Shown here piece after piece: positions 51,291 to 64,000 of a stretch of 64,000 nt of DNA. Source of the stretch: Lama glama (Eukaryota); the NCBI GenBank assembly GCA_028534125.1, contig CM052817.1:73038001-73102000 (forward strand). The letters run 5' to 3'. How positions within the stretch are numbered: the first letter of the stretch is position 1; every line of letters starts with the position of its first letter. The notes under the pieces were generated by a model that searched no databases, was not told the origin of the DNA, and saw only the letters and a program-made list of their open reading frames with translations. A program made the translations under genes and the position numbers.

Positions 51291-54200
51291 CAGTTCAGTA
51301 TATACTAGCTCTAAATTTATCCTGTTGGAACTTTTTAAGTTAAGTTTATTAGAAGTATAGATGATTTTGGAGAGAATGACATCTTTAAAATATCAAAGCT
51401 CTGAATCCACAAATAGTACTTGGTTGTTTATTTTTCTTCCATTCACCTCAAAAAAGTTTTATTTCCTCATATGGTTCAAATTCACGCCTTATTAAGTTAA
51501 TATTTGGTGGTTTATATTTTGGAGGGATGTGTCTGCTATAGTTATCTTTTTCTTTATTTTTTTATCTTTATCTTTACTTTGGTTATCTTTTTTGTCCATT
51601 GTCTTGGTCAGCTATTAATAATAGTTTTATGTCAGCCTCATAAGAACTGGAGGTGTCTTTTATATTCTTCTGTCCTCTGTAATAATTTGAATATCCTGGA
51701 AATCACATAAATCCGAAAGATTTCGTAGAAATTGACTCTGAAGTCATCTGAACCTGGCACCTTTCTTGAAAAAAAGAGAATTTTTTCAAAAATGGGTGAA
51801 ATTAATCTATGGTGTTAGAAGTCAGGTTGGTAGTTACATTTAGGGAAAATAGAAAGGTTATGGAATGGGCAGATATACAAATTGTACTTTTAGGATATTG
51901 GAAATATTCATTCTCTTGAGCTGGTTAACAGACAGATGTGTTCACTTTGTATACTTAGTGTTCATATAATTTTCTGATTGTGTTATACTTCATTTGAAAA
52001 GCAGTTTGTTACCATTAAAAAAAAGAAAATAAGAGAATCGTTTTCACCTAGTCTTAATTAGATCTTAGATTTTTTTCAGTTTTAATAGTATATCAAAATT
52101 GTCCTAGAACATACCCCATTTATGCAAATGTTCACATTTTCATGTGGATTTGTACATAATAGTCTTATACTTCTTAAGTTTATACCACTTTTCCCAATCT
52201 GAAAAGATTCTCTCTTCTTTTTTTACATTAGATTTTCCTGAAATCCAATTTATTGGCCTTTTCAAATTACTATCATTTTGATTTATTTACTATTTTATAA
52301 ATCATTATTTTGAAACAATTTATGCTTATTCATTCCTCCTGCTTCCCTAAGACTTGGTTTGTTACTTCCATTCTTTAAGATGAAAGCACAGTTCATACTT
52401 CTTCATTTTTATTATAAAAGGTTGCCAGGCTTTGGATTTTATTTTGGTTATAGTTTCGGTTGCATCCCTTAAGTTTGAAAATGTATCGGAAAATGAGAGC
52501 GATATGACTTGTGAGTGCTGTTGAAATTTCCAAGTGAGCCAATTTTATATTTAAATTTTTGTTCATAATCTAGAGCTTTTATGAATTGTGGTCAAATATT
52601 TTTTTCCTTTTGTAGATTTATGGAGTTTCTTTTGGTCCTACAATATTATCGATTTTTAGAAGCATTCAGCAGTAACACACATTTGAGTATATATACTTGA
52701 ACAACTGCCTAAGGGTTTGCATTCTGTAAATCATTTTGATTAATATACTATTTTATGTCATTTTTTTATTCTGAAGTATATTCGTACTTAGTAGTATTTT
52801 TCTAAGACAGTTTTTGAGTAAAATATCATAAACAATTTTAAATACACCCAGTTCTCTACTTCCTACTCTGTTTAAATTAGAAGTGTGGGGGAAAGGTGGC
52901 ACTAGCAGACACTTGGGAAGAGGTGTAAGAGAGAGCAGGAAAATCACGCAGAAGAGATGCTTTAAAACTTTTAAAGTGGTGCAGACACAGAAGGTGGCCA
53001 CCACCTAGGAAAGGTATTTGCTAACGTCTAGATGTCTTCAATGAATCTTTTAGAGTATGTTTTACCTTAGAATTGACTGGAATACAAGAATAAGCAGAGA
53101 ATCATACTAATTATAAATAAAACTTAAGTCTGAATTTAGGTATTGTTGGGATTAAAGTGGGGTACAATATGAAAACTCATAGCAAAGTTTTCTTTAGTGA
53201 CTGAAAGTACTAGAGTTGCCGACAGCCATGCCTGCCTCACCGTTCAGTTACCCCAGAAGGGCAGGCAAATAATTCCTGCCACATAGTAGGTGTACAACAA
53301 ATCCAGGCCTATTTAACTCCAAATGCTGGATTCTTTCCATTGTTCCATAAAGGCTTTCTAGCATATGCTTGTGAAGAGATGGACCAAATTAAATAGGGAA
53401 CAGTATTGTGAAATGTATTTTAACTTGCACACATGTTCAAAAATATTTGAAATTACATATGAGACACACACATTCAACTATTAAGCCACTGGTAAAGAAG
53501 AAGGTGGACCAAGGAATGAAGGGTCTGGGTTAGATGATTTATTCAAGATTATCTAAGTGAAGGACAGCATGGAACTGATCACAAAACCTGAGTTTCCTGG
53601 GAGTAAAGGTGAAAAGGGACAACATGATGAGATTTAAATCCTCATAATCTAATAAAAAGAAGTATTTCTACTTGACATGAAAATGAAAGTGTCTCCTGTT
53701 TTAATCATAGGAGAATTTAGAATGTAGGACTTTAAGTAAAATAACATTAAGCAGTATAATGGACATCTTCAATAGCAATTTTTACCAAATAATTATTTTC
53801 AAAATTATAAACAATTTAGAAACCATTTTTTACAAATTACTTATAAAATAAGAAAACAAATAAGACCAATTTTGTTGATAACATAAACTAAGCATTAGCA
53901 AGGGAATAGCGTCAGTAGAGGGATGTACTTACTCCTTTTCCTTTGTTTTTAACTTAAAAAATTACATTTTCTGCAATGCTGTACAATTTTTAGTTCCTTA
54001 TATTTTGTTGAAATTGGATTCTAGATTATCTATCTGCTGCTTAGATAATGCCAGCTGAGTCATCTTTGTAGGAAAGTGAGCTACTACAAATAACTGCATC
54101 TGAATGTTTAATGTTATCCTGTAAAAATAAGGGTAAAGGAAAAAAGACCTGTGGCATCACTGAGTCCCTTTCCTCTGATTATCCAGGATCAGATTCCCTG

Positions 54201-57132
54201 GACAGAAGATGTGGTTAGCGCTTGCTTCTAATCAAAGGACCAAAAATACTTGGATATAGTTCATTTTAATCTGAACTGAAAAGGTTGTGGATAGACACTT
54301 AGGAAAAAGTGAAATCAGCATAATATTTCCTCTTCAAGTGCAGCCCAGCTTTCAGAATGGGAGCGTGGACCTTCTCGTAATTCTCCTTGATGAAAACAGA
54401 AGGGTTTCACAGCACAGAAAGCAGTGGTTGTGAGGCTGGGTACCGACAGACTCACAAGAGAACTCTGTTCGTCGTCTTCAAAGTGATGCAGCGATGGCTC
54501 GGCTGCCGCTGTGGCCACATGTAATGTAGCCTGTCGCTCTTTAAAGAGGATTAGCCTTAGTGTGCTGGGAGCATTCAGCGCTGGATTTCACGTGGAGCAG
54601 AATATGCTAATGAAATGTAAATGTCTACAGCAAACATTGCGTAATACCGAAACCCCTCAAAACTGAGCTTTGTCTCTGGCACAGTGGGAAACCAAACTTT
54701 ATCATATCAGAAGAAAAAATAAAAAAGAAACATTATACTTTTCTGCCTATGCATCTGCTGCTATGAAAAGTGAATTTAAGTATAGATATATTCATTTATA
54801 TTTATATTTAAACTAAATTGCCATGTCAGTAGCAAAGTCAAAGTTCAGTCAATCAGAAACATATTATTAGATCTATGTCCAAAAGATGGATGTGAAATAA
54901 CTCATCTCTGTAGAAAAGGGTATATCTAAATTATGGAGTCAAAAACATTTTTAACAGCATTTTTGAACACCATTGTAGGATTACAAATTGTTTGCAGAGT
55001 GGGTCTTTTTCCCGTTACACCTTAAAATTTCTTATTTGCAGTTTTTACTTTTTGCCAGCACAATGTCTTTCTGCTCAGTGTTGGACAATTGTATCTTTAT
55101 CATAATTCTCCACATAGTGTTTTTACTACTTCATAGGAAGCCAATGTGAGATTTGATTGATTTCTTAAAACTGCACATGTACTCAATTAATATGAAAGTT
55201 ATTTTCAGGTATTGAGAATTTCAGAACATATTTGGCATCGGAAAGGTGAATTCTAAGGTGTGTGATTTGCAAACCATGTAATTGTGTGTAGCATTTTGGA
55301 ATCCATAGACGTGGTTCTTAAAGACTGAAAGCCCCCTAAAGATTTCATCACAATGGCTGAGAAATAAAGATCCTGCAAACACATGGAACTGGGTGCCTAT
55401 AGCTCGATTTCCAATGCGTGATCTTTCATTAGTTACTAGCATTTCACTGCCCTCAACCAAGTAGCTTAGGTTCTCTTGGTTTTTGTTGGTTGGTGGTGTG
55501 GGTGTGTGTGTTTTATATCTCAGTTTTGAAGGGTTTGTCTCTGTAGACATGGAGGGATGGTAATACATATTCATGAAACAGCACTCTTTCCAGTCTTTGC
55601 CACTGCTGACAAAGCCTTAGCTGTTTCACGCAGCAAGCTGACTGGGATTGTGTGTGGGGGCTGCATGGCCAGATTAGTGCAAACAGCAAGCCCACTCCTC
55701 TGCTTGTTAGGCCTTGCCTTCCTGACAATTTCCCCAATTGTCGCTTGTGACAAGGCTGTCATTGGGTGATGGCTTCTTTTGGCCATTTTCAGATAAAGAT
55801 AATTTCCTTAACTTCCATTTTATTTGACAACAAGCAGTTTGGGAGAGAAAGGAAGTGCTTCAGTAGTTTATGGATTACGGTTTTGTCACTTCAAAGGCAT
55901 CTTTGATCTAAAAATATGTGCTGTACCAAATTCATTATGTCTTTCCTTAAAGAGCTTTTAAATTTATTGATCTTCTCCTCAATTATTCTCCTTTTACGTC
56001 CAGTAATGATGTGTGAGACGGTAATGTTGGGAAAAGCCTAAGGAGGAGTGTGGGGGAAATGTAGCCAACTGGTCACTTCTGAGGCCATAGCAGGAACGAA
56101 ACAACAGGTGCTTTTGTCTAGTGTCAAGTCTCTTCTGAACCTCTATGCAGACAAAGACCCCTCTGCTGTTTATAGCTCAACATGAAGATTCTATACCAAC
56201 AGAATAAGGCAAAATTATATTTGGTGTTGCAGCCTGATAAAGATGAAAAAAAACTTCACAATTTGTATAAAAATTGTGCCCACAATTGTCTTCATCCTCA
56301 CCATGGAATCCATGGGTTTTGAAAGCCAGCATATGAGTAATGGGGAAAGAGTGAGTGACTTCTTTGTGGACCAATAATTTGGCTTCCCCTAAAAGCAACC
56401 CTACACTGCTGAGGCTTAGCTTGCTCAAGTTCTGCCACCTGCACCATTAGAAAGTCATGCAGAGCAGAGGATAAGAGATGAAGAATCCGTAAGTGAAAAT
56501 TTGCTTTAAAAACACAGCAAGATGAGCATGTACAGCTAGACAGGGGTTCTCTTTAGAAGGTCCACTCGCCCTTTTTGCCCTCCTTATGGTGTTGTTGTTC
56601 TAAACAGTTGCTATATGGAATTATTGTGTTTTAAACAATACCATGGACAAAGGGGTAAATAGTTTACATCCAAGCTATCACAATTAGCCATTGTCTTCTA
56701 AAACTCTGCGTATAATAACCTCAGTTTACGACAGCACAAGCTGCTTACTTCTGTTTCTACAACTAAGAAAAGAAAGTTCAAACAAATGGCTTAAATTTGG
56801 GGGGTTCTAAGTATATCATTTTATTAGCCTCTAGACAGACTATTTTATAATTTAGAGATATCTGGATGATATTGAAAATTAGTTCGTTTTAGCCAATCAT
56901 AATTTCAAAATCTTCTACATTAAAGGAAATATGTAATTTTAAAACATGACCTTAAGCTCGTAAGAGCAATATAAATAGTTTCTTTTGAAAAGTCATTTGA
57001 AAAACTAGTTTAGAGGCCCAGGACATTACCCTTAGGCCCTCAATACTCCTCTCCATAAAGTCAGGATAAAATTAGCCCTCAAACAATGTCAGAAGCATTT
57101 TTCCGTGTATTAGGTTATTTCATCCTTATTAA

Positions 57133-57487
57133 GATGTAGAATCTAAAAAAAAAAAGAAGGAAAAAGAAGACACTAATGAACTTATCTACAAAACAAACAG
57201 ACTCACAGACATAGTAAATGAGCTAATGGCTTCCAAGGGGAAAAGAGGGTGGAAAGGGATAAATTGGGATTTTGAGATTTGTAAATATTAACTACTATAT
57301 ATAAAATAGATTTAAAAAAAAAAATTCCTTCTGTATAGCACAGGAAGCTATATTCAGTATCTCACAGTAACCTATAATGTAAAAGAATATGAAAACAAAT
57401 ATATGTATGTCTATTATGACTGGGACATTGTGCTGTACACTAGAAATTGACACATTATAACTGACTGTACTTCAATTTTAAAAAAAG
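57133..57487 (+). mobile_element. Young L1 3' UTR fragment
   Basis: AATGAACTTATCTACAAAAC...CAGACTCACAGACATAG...GCTGTACACTAGAAATTGACAC...ACTTCAAT followed by an A-tail. Confidence 0.85.
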
Positions 57488-57993
57488 AGGTAAATACAAT
57501 TATTTGCTTGATTTTACAGATGAGGAAACTGAGGCACCAGTTTTTGCCTTTTGTCTCATATCCAGGAAGTGGTGGAGCTGGACACGGGCACTTTGGGTCC
57601 AAAGCCTCTGTTCTTAATGCTTGGGCCTAGAAGACACAGAACCTAGAAAATCTAAATAGTCCTCTTCTAATTCCTTCTGGTACTGAACAAGTAAATGTTA
57701 GTTCTCATCTCCCCTGCCATCCTTTCAGCTCCCTAGTCCTGGTCCTTTGGTCCATGCAATCCAAGAAAATGAGATGAGAGAGTACAAGGGGGATCCTATC
57801 ATCTGCCTAGGGTCATCCAGTTTTCCTTCTGCCTGCACATTAAACACAGGGAGATCAGCATAGCAAAACTGATAAATTCAGACAGTAGGGTTCATGGTTC
57901 ATTATGCTGTCTTTTCAAGGAATCCTTCGTCATTTCATTAAAGTTCTCTGATGTGATTTCTCTTGACTGTTTTAACCAGAAAACCTTAATTTT

Positions 57994-58265
57994 TTTTGTA
58001 TCTATATTTTTATTGAAGTATAGTCAGTTTACAATCTTGTGTCAATTTCTGGTGTACAGCACAATGCTTCATACATGAACATACATACATTCATTTTCAT
58101 ATTCTCTTTCACCGTAAGTCACTGTGAGATATTGAGTATAGTTCCCTGTGCTATACAGTATAAACTTGATGTTTATCTATTTTATATATAGTAATTAGTA
58201 TCTACAAATCTCGAACTCCCAATTTATCCCTTCCCACCCCCTTTCCCCTGGTAACCATAAGTTTG
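57994..58265 (-). mobile_element. Young L1 3' UTR fragment with 17-bp TSD
   Basis: TSD CAGAAAACCTTAATTTT (57977-57993) / CAGAAAACCTTGATTTT (58266-58282). Confidence 0.88.
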
Positions 58266-61200
58266 CAGAAAACCTTGATTTTGACCTCCTTGTGAAATCA
58301 ACAAACGCTCCTTTGGAGGAGGAAAGAAATAGATTGAGGAAGACTGTTTGGGGGAAAGATCTCTATTTTGTCTTAGAGTTCACCTGCTTTGTGATACGTG
58401 AATGCACCACATAAACTGGCAGACAGCAACACCATCAGCCTGCCCCAGAAGAGACAAAAGTAAACACCCGTCTCAAAAAGATTGCACTGAAATATGATAT
58501 CAGCTGCAAGAGTGGGCCATCTCCTCCGGTCAAATGAGAAAAATCATATTATCCTCACTGTGGTATACAAATAGCTTGTAAGCCACATTCTCCATTTGAA
58601 TGATAACAATAAAGTGCTAACCTCACTGCTTCAGGCCAGCCTGATCCCATCTCCAAACACAAACACTGCTGCCTAGGCTTTGGCTGGGGGCTGTGCAGTG
58701 GCCTCCCAGCCCCCACCTTTTCTTCCCCTCTGTTAATTGGCTGAGACCACCAGAATTTGGAGGACACAGATGTCACTGATAGTTTTCCTAGGGAGCACAT
58801 TCATGCCCATCTGTTGCAGCCTAGAAGGCTGTTCATATATCCACAAGGCCTTCATTTAATTCTTGTCAGAAAGTAATGTAAATCCAGTTTACCTCAGAGG
58901 TCGCAGCCGAGATTTATGCCAATGAGCCCCCTGCAATTTACACACACTGTAGTTGTATAGGATGAAAAGAAAGCCTTTCATGTTGGCGCATATTAACAAG
59001 AAAGCCTGCCTTCCGAGAGGGGCTTTTTGATTGAGGTTTCTCCTGATTTTAATACAGCCGATGCCAGTTGGTATACCCAGCTTTAGAAAAAGGAAAAAAA
59101 ATCTAATCTTTAAACTAAAGTTTCTTCTTTTATAAGAGGTAAATGAGAAAGAGAGAAATCCTAGCAAGTGGCACTACCATGTCTTTAATTATCCTTATGA
59201 GACAAAACTCCCCCGAACTTGGAGAAGATAGAGTGTGACAGCAGAGTGTGTTCAGGCCTGAATTATTGCTGGTTGAAGTCTAGAGAGAATTCAGTTGTAA
59301 GCAATTGTCTTCCCAACATGAAAATAGTAGAATTAGTCTCTGACTTTTCAGCTGTCTCTCACTAGTATATTTAGGGGAAATTGTGAAATTTGATTAACTT
59401 TCTTTGGACCAGGCTGGGTAGAAATTGATCTATTAGTAAAGTGGAAGAGCACATGTGTAATATACACATATGTATTTATAGAATTACTTTATTGAAAATA
59501 TAATAAGAGTACTTAGAAGGACTTCCATTAATCCTATCTTACTATGTATTGATACCTTTTGAAATTTTCAGGACTATGTTAGTAAGCTGGAAAGCAAGTG
59601 GCTTTAAAAACACCCATGGGGTCAAAATCTTCTGGAAATTCTGAATATGTCCTTTATTCAATATGTGACCTTGGGCAAATGACTTAACCTCCATGACCCT
59701 CAACTTTCTCCTCTCTCAAGTGGGAATAATAAAGCCTACATCCTAAGGGTTTGTATCTGAGGTACACAGCACCTAAAGCATAGAAAGTGTTCAACCAATG
59801 AAATGTTCCCTCTCCACCCCGCCTTTCGGTGGTGTCTGTGACAGCAAACTGTGGATTTAAAATATTAGTTAAATTAGTTCAAATACCCTGAACATTCACA
59901 TCATCACAAATCATCAGACTATTTTTTCATATTAAAAAAAAATGTTAAGGGCAGATAAAGTTGGAGATTTTCCTTCCACAGTTTGGAATTTTTCTTTCAA
60001 TTAAAAAGTAACTTTTTAATTCCGTAGAAAGTAGACGAATAGCAGCATTTCACATAATTTTGGTAAAAGCAGGTATAGCCTCACTATTTCCTCACAGTTG
60101 TAAACTCCGATTTCTCAAGACAATTTTAATAGGGGGCGTGCTTCTTGTGTTTTTATAGACAGAGCTCATTTACGCATGCTAATGGCTTTGAAGTATTTGG
60201 TATGATTATTTTTGCACTACATTTAACTTTTTGTTTGTATTTTGCTTAAGATAGCATTAAAATTTGGTTGTGATTTCAAAGCACATACTAACTGGGAAAC
60301 GCAACAGAGTACCCTAGCAGTGTTTATGATGGGTATGTAGGTGAAATGGGGCCGTGATTGAAAAACACAATGTGTTGTTGTTAACTTTTTAGGCAGACGC
60401 TCCAAATGTACTAGTCACTGTGTGGGTTTAATTATAGAACTGGGTGAAGCAGTAGCCTCACTTTAAAGAGCTTACTTCACATTAGGGAGGCCAAAGCCCA
60501 GTTTTGTTGGCTGTGTAAAGCAGGGGCTAAGCAGGGTTAAAATAATTTCAGAATAGTCATTTGTGCTTCTCAGAGTTCATCAAAACCATTCCTTTTTGCT
60601 TATAGTCCTCAAAACAGAATCTTTTAAAATTTTTTATTATGAAAAACTTCAAATATGTACAAAAGTACTGAGGGCAATATAAGAAATCTATGTACTTTGA
60701 TTCAGCCTCAACATTTAACAACCTATAGCCAATTTTGCCTAATTTATATCCTCACTTTCTCCATATCTCCATTCCCTACATCTCAGATTTATATAATTTC
60801 ATCTGTAAATATTTCAGAATGTTTCCCTAAAAGATTGAGCTCTTTTTTTTTTAACATACCACAGTACTGTTACCTCACCTTAAAAATTAAGATTCCTTAA
60901 TATCATTTACTGTGACAATTATTATCAGTCAGGAAATCACCACTCCTTTTTTTTTTTAAAGGAACTTAATATTTGGCTCTCATGTTCCAAATGAGTTATT
61001 TTGCTTCCATGACACAAAGGTTTCATTCTTTCATAATGATTTTCATTGTGATGTATGTGGATGTGTTTTGTGGTATGTGTTAGTATCTTCCTAGAATGTG
61101 AATTTATCATCTTATTGAAAAATAAAAATCGAATCATTATTCTACTCCTACCTTATCTTCATTGATTCATTTGGATAAGTGTTTTCCAAACTTATTAGCT

Positions 61201-64000
61201 TCAAATGAAATTATATGTGAAAGGCCCCAGTAGAACATGGATGGAAATGAAACTGCTCTGTGGCCATGCTGCTGACCACTCACATGGCCCGTTCTTCCCC
61301 GTGTGGGGTTTGGCAGGTTTTCGTATGTGAATGCTTTTTTAATAAATGTATACCATTTTGCCATTTTGATTTCAGGGCAGGCAAATTGCTGTGTGAAGTA
61401 GTATAAAGAAGAAGAATGGATTTCATGCATAGCCAATATGACCAAAAAAGACAGTGCTTAACTTTTAAGTTTGCTACCATTAAAATATTTCACCTAAAGT
61501 AATTAAAATGTTTATTGTAATCAGAAAAATCTACTGTGCTCATGAATAATGACCCCACTTCTCAGTTGGCTATACTGGGGCCTCCTGGGAGGAGATGTAT
61601 TTGCTCCCTGTCAGGATTAATCTATAAATGTAATCACCACTTAGACCTCATCAGTTCTTTCCTTTCTCTTCATTGGTCCCCCTGGAATTATATTACTGCT
61701 TGAATAAGGTCAAATTAGGATACCTTTTACCAAGAAAAAACAGAGCAGTTATTATTTCAGTGCTTTAAAATTTGAGAGTGAAGCCTGTTTCTTTTAAACA
61801 GACTGGATTATACTTTTCTGTCATAGAATCAATAGTCTACCAAAATAATATATCTTTTTTTCCCCAGTGTTTTTATTGGTTTCTTCCCCACAAAAGCCAA
61901 GACATAGAGTGATCTCATGTAAAACCACAGTGGACTGATGTTTAAAATCTTGTGTCTGATTCTTGCAGATAATCCCACCAAGTTGCTATTTGAACTTGGA
62001 CAAATCACTGAACTTCTGACTTTATCTTCAGATTGGCAGCATATTACTTGCTACCTTCCTCATTGTAATCTTATAAAAGTAAAATAATCAAGCCAAATCT
62101 ATTTCTTTTTGTCAATATGTATTATGAAATGCCTTTTCTTCTCTAATTGTGGAAAGGGTAGAATGAATTCTCTAACTTGTCTACATTTAAGTAAATTCAT
62201 CCTTGGGTCAGAATGTTGCTTTGGAATTTTTTGCAAGTTGAATCATATACTCACTTTATTTCCCCAATGAGGTCTTTGAGGGTTTATTTTGTTTCTTGGT
62301 AATCTTCAAAAGTTTGAAATACAGTATATAAGGGATACTCAATAAATGCTTAGCTAACCATCCAGGAGTTTGCAAATATAGTCAGTTTGTATTAATTTAT
62401 ATTTTAAACCTCTAAGTTAGCTATTAAAGCCAAGCGTTAAGGAAACAGTAGGAAAAAAATTTTTTTGCCAGTAATAGAGTATGTAAAAAAGCTCATGTGT
62501 TTCACTTGCCTTTTTTGGTTTACTCATTTTTTAAAAATTCTCTGTATCACTGTTAATTCTATACTGGCAAATATTCCTTCATTAGCTAAAAGCAAAGAAT
62601 AGAATTAACACCAAGTCTCAGATCTCTGTCCTCTTTATTAGAGAAAAGAGAAAATGGGAGTTCTTCCGCTTGAGGAGCTACCAAAGAAAGTGAGTGGACT
62701 GGCTCAAAACCAATCAAGTTATCCCTCAAATCAGGTGATTGACGTTCTGGGCACACTTGCTCCATGACCGAGTGGCATTTTACTCAGTGGTAGAACTCTT
62801 ATAGAAAGCATAGAATCCTGAAATTATAAAACTCTTCTCATTTTCCAAGCCAGCCTGATGAAGTGAGGGCCTCCGGGTCTCTGCAGGCACAGAGAGCAAA
62901 GTAGGCCTGGTTTTCTGCTTGAGCCTTTCTGGCTAAGACAAGCCATGTCGAGGACTCTGTTTTTATATATGCGGTGGGATGCTTCAGAGCCCTGTCAAGA
63001 GCTAAGTAAACAAAATGTTAAACATGCTAACTTTCCTCTGTAGACACTTCTTGTTCCTTTATCATCACGCAGAAGTAGTAAAATACTGCTGTAAACTCTC
63101 CTAAAGAGCTCCTGGCGGCTGGGCTTAACTTGGTTGTCACTGTATTGAGGTAGTTTGGTGTGTGTAACGTTTGTCCCACTGATTGACACGTTTGACTTTG
63201 GGCCCTCAGAGTGTGTGGGTATCCGAGTTGTTCTCCATCACAGTCGCTTGCCACTAGAGGAAACGTGAGTTCGCACTTGTTCCTAGGCCAGTAGGAGGCT
63301 CCCTGCCAAGACCCATCAGTTGCTGGTGACATGCACACGCTGTGTGAATCACACGGCCACATGGTGGACTTTTATTATGTCCACCCAGGAGCGTGGTCTG
63401 CCAATCCCCAGGCCAGAGGCCCACCCCCGGGCGCCTTTGACATTTCAAGTATAAAATAAATAAAGAGCTTTGTATGTGTCTCAGGACGAAGAAGAAGATG
63501 AGGGGTTGAGGGTGTTTCTGTCTGATCTGTAATCCGATGGGCCCTCTTCCCCTTAGCTGCTTCAGGGCTCTTTTCTGACACCACAGACAGAGGCGCGGCT
63601 CAGGGCTGGAGGCAAACAGCTGATTAAACCAAGTTGGCTGGGTTTAAGGGTTTTTATAAAAAGCAAATAAAATTCACATCTTTTTTTCCTGAAAATGTCT
63701 GACTGGTCATAACATTTCAATTCTCTTACAGCATTTCTATTCATTAATTAAATGTGGATCTGGAAAATTATTTAGGGCATAATTCCACTGTAACATGGCT
63801 TTATATTGGGAAAAAATATCAAGAACCTGAAGACTGCACAGCCAAGCAATTTTCTTTCTCAAAACCATAAATGCTAATGAAGCCAACAAGGAAATCAAAT
63901 CCCAAAAGAGGTAAAGTAAAGAGAAATTGGGTGACTCTTTAAAAAAATAAAACTTTATTTCTTGGAAATGTTATCAAAAACAGTAACTGATACCTATCAA

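Noticed and set aside
33214..64000. ALPK1 coding exons
   Set aside because: I could not find the ALPK1 N-terminus or any alpha-kinase-like peptide; coding exons are presumably beyond the window. Small exons could have been missed.
1..64000. CRISPR array or prokaryotic defence system
   Set aside because: The sequence is clearly mammalian and has no regularly spaced repeat-spacer array.

Overview
Mammalian genomic DNA, most likely camelid (a Vic-1-type tRNA-derived SINE plus several related young L1 3' fragments). The only supportable protein-coding sequence is the uninterrupted CDS of TIFA (minus strand, 5612..6166, 184 aa), the FHA-domain adaptor of the ADP-heptose/ALPK1/TIFA/TRAF6/NF-kB pathway. 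Its 5' end lies in a CpG island at about 10.7-11.8 kb. In human the gene divergently adjacent to TIFA is its own kinase ALPK1. The rest of the window fits the 5' non-coding part of ALPK1 on the plus strand: a promoter-like kB/C/EBP/ETS cluster and first exon ending at 20623, a 52-nt exon at 33162..33213, then a long intron. I found no ALPK1 coding exon, so this assignment rests on synteny and splice signals. Introns contain L1, L2, MIR, MaLR/ERVL/ERV1 LTRs, a decayed ERVL pol remnant and DNA transposon relics. The kinase-substrate gene pairing is already known, and I found no wholly new gene system. The most promising new-looking points are: TIFA T177I/D180G in the TRAF6 motif; kB sites at both promoters; a (CACCGCC)5 G-quadruplex/GC-box repeat; strong-Kozak uORFs in the putative ALPK1 leader; two apparent retroposed mRNA 3'-end fragments; a young solo LTR; and non-repetitive blocks resembling developmental enhancers. 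Repeat family names and boundaries are by eye and approximate.
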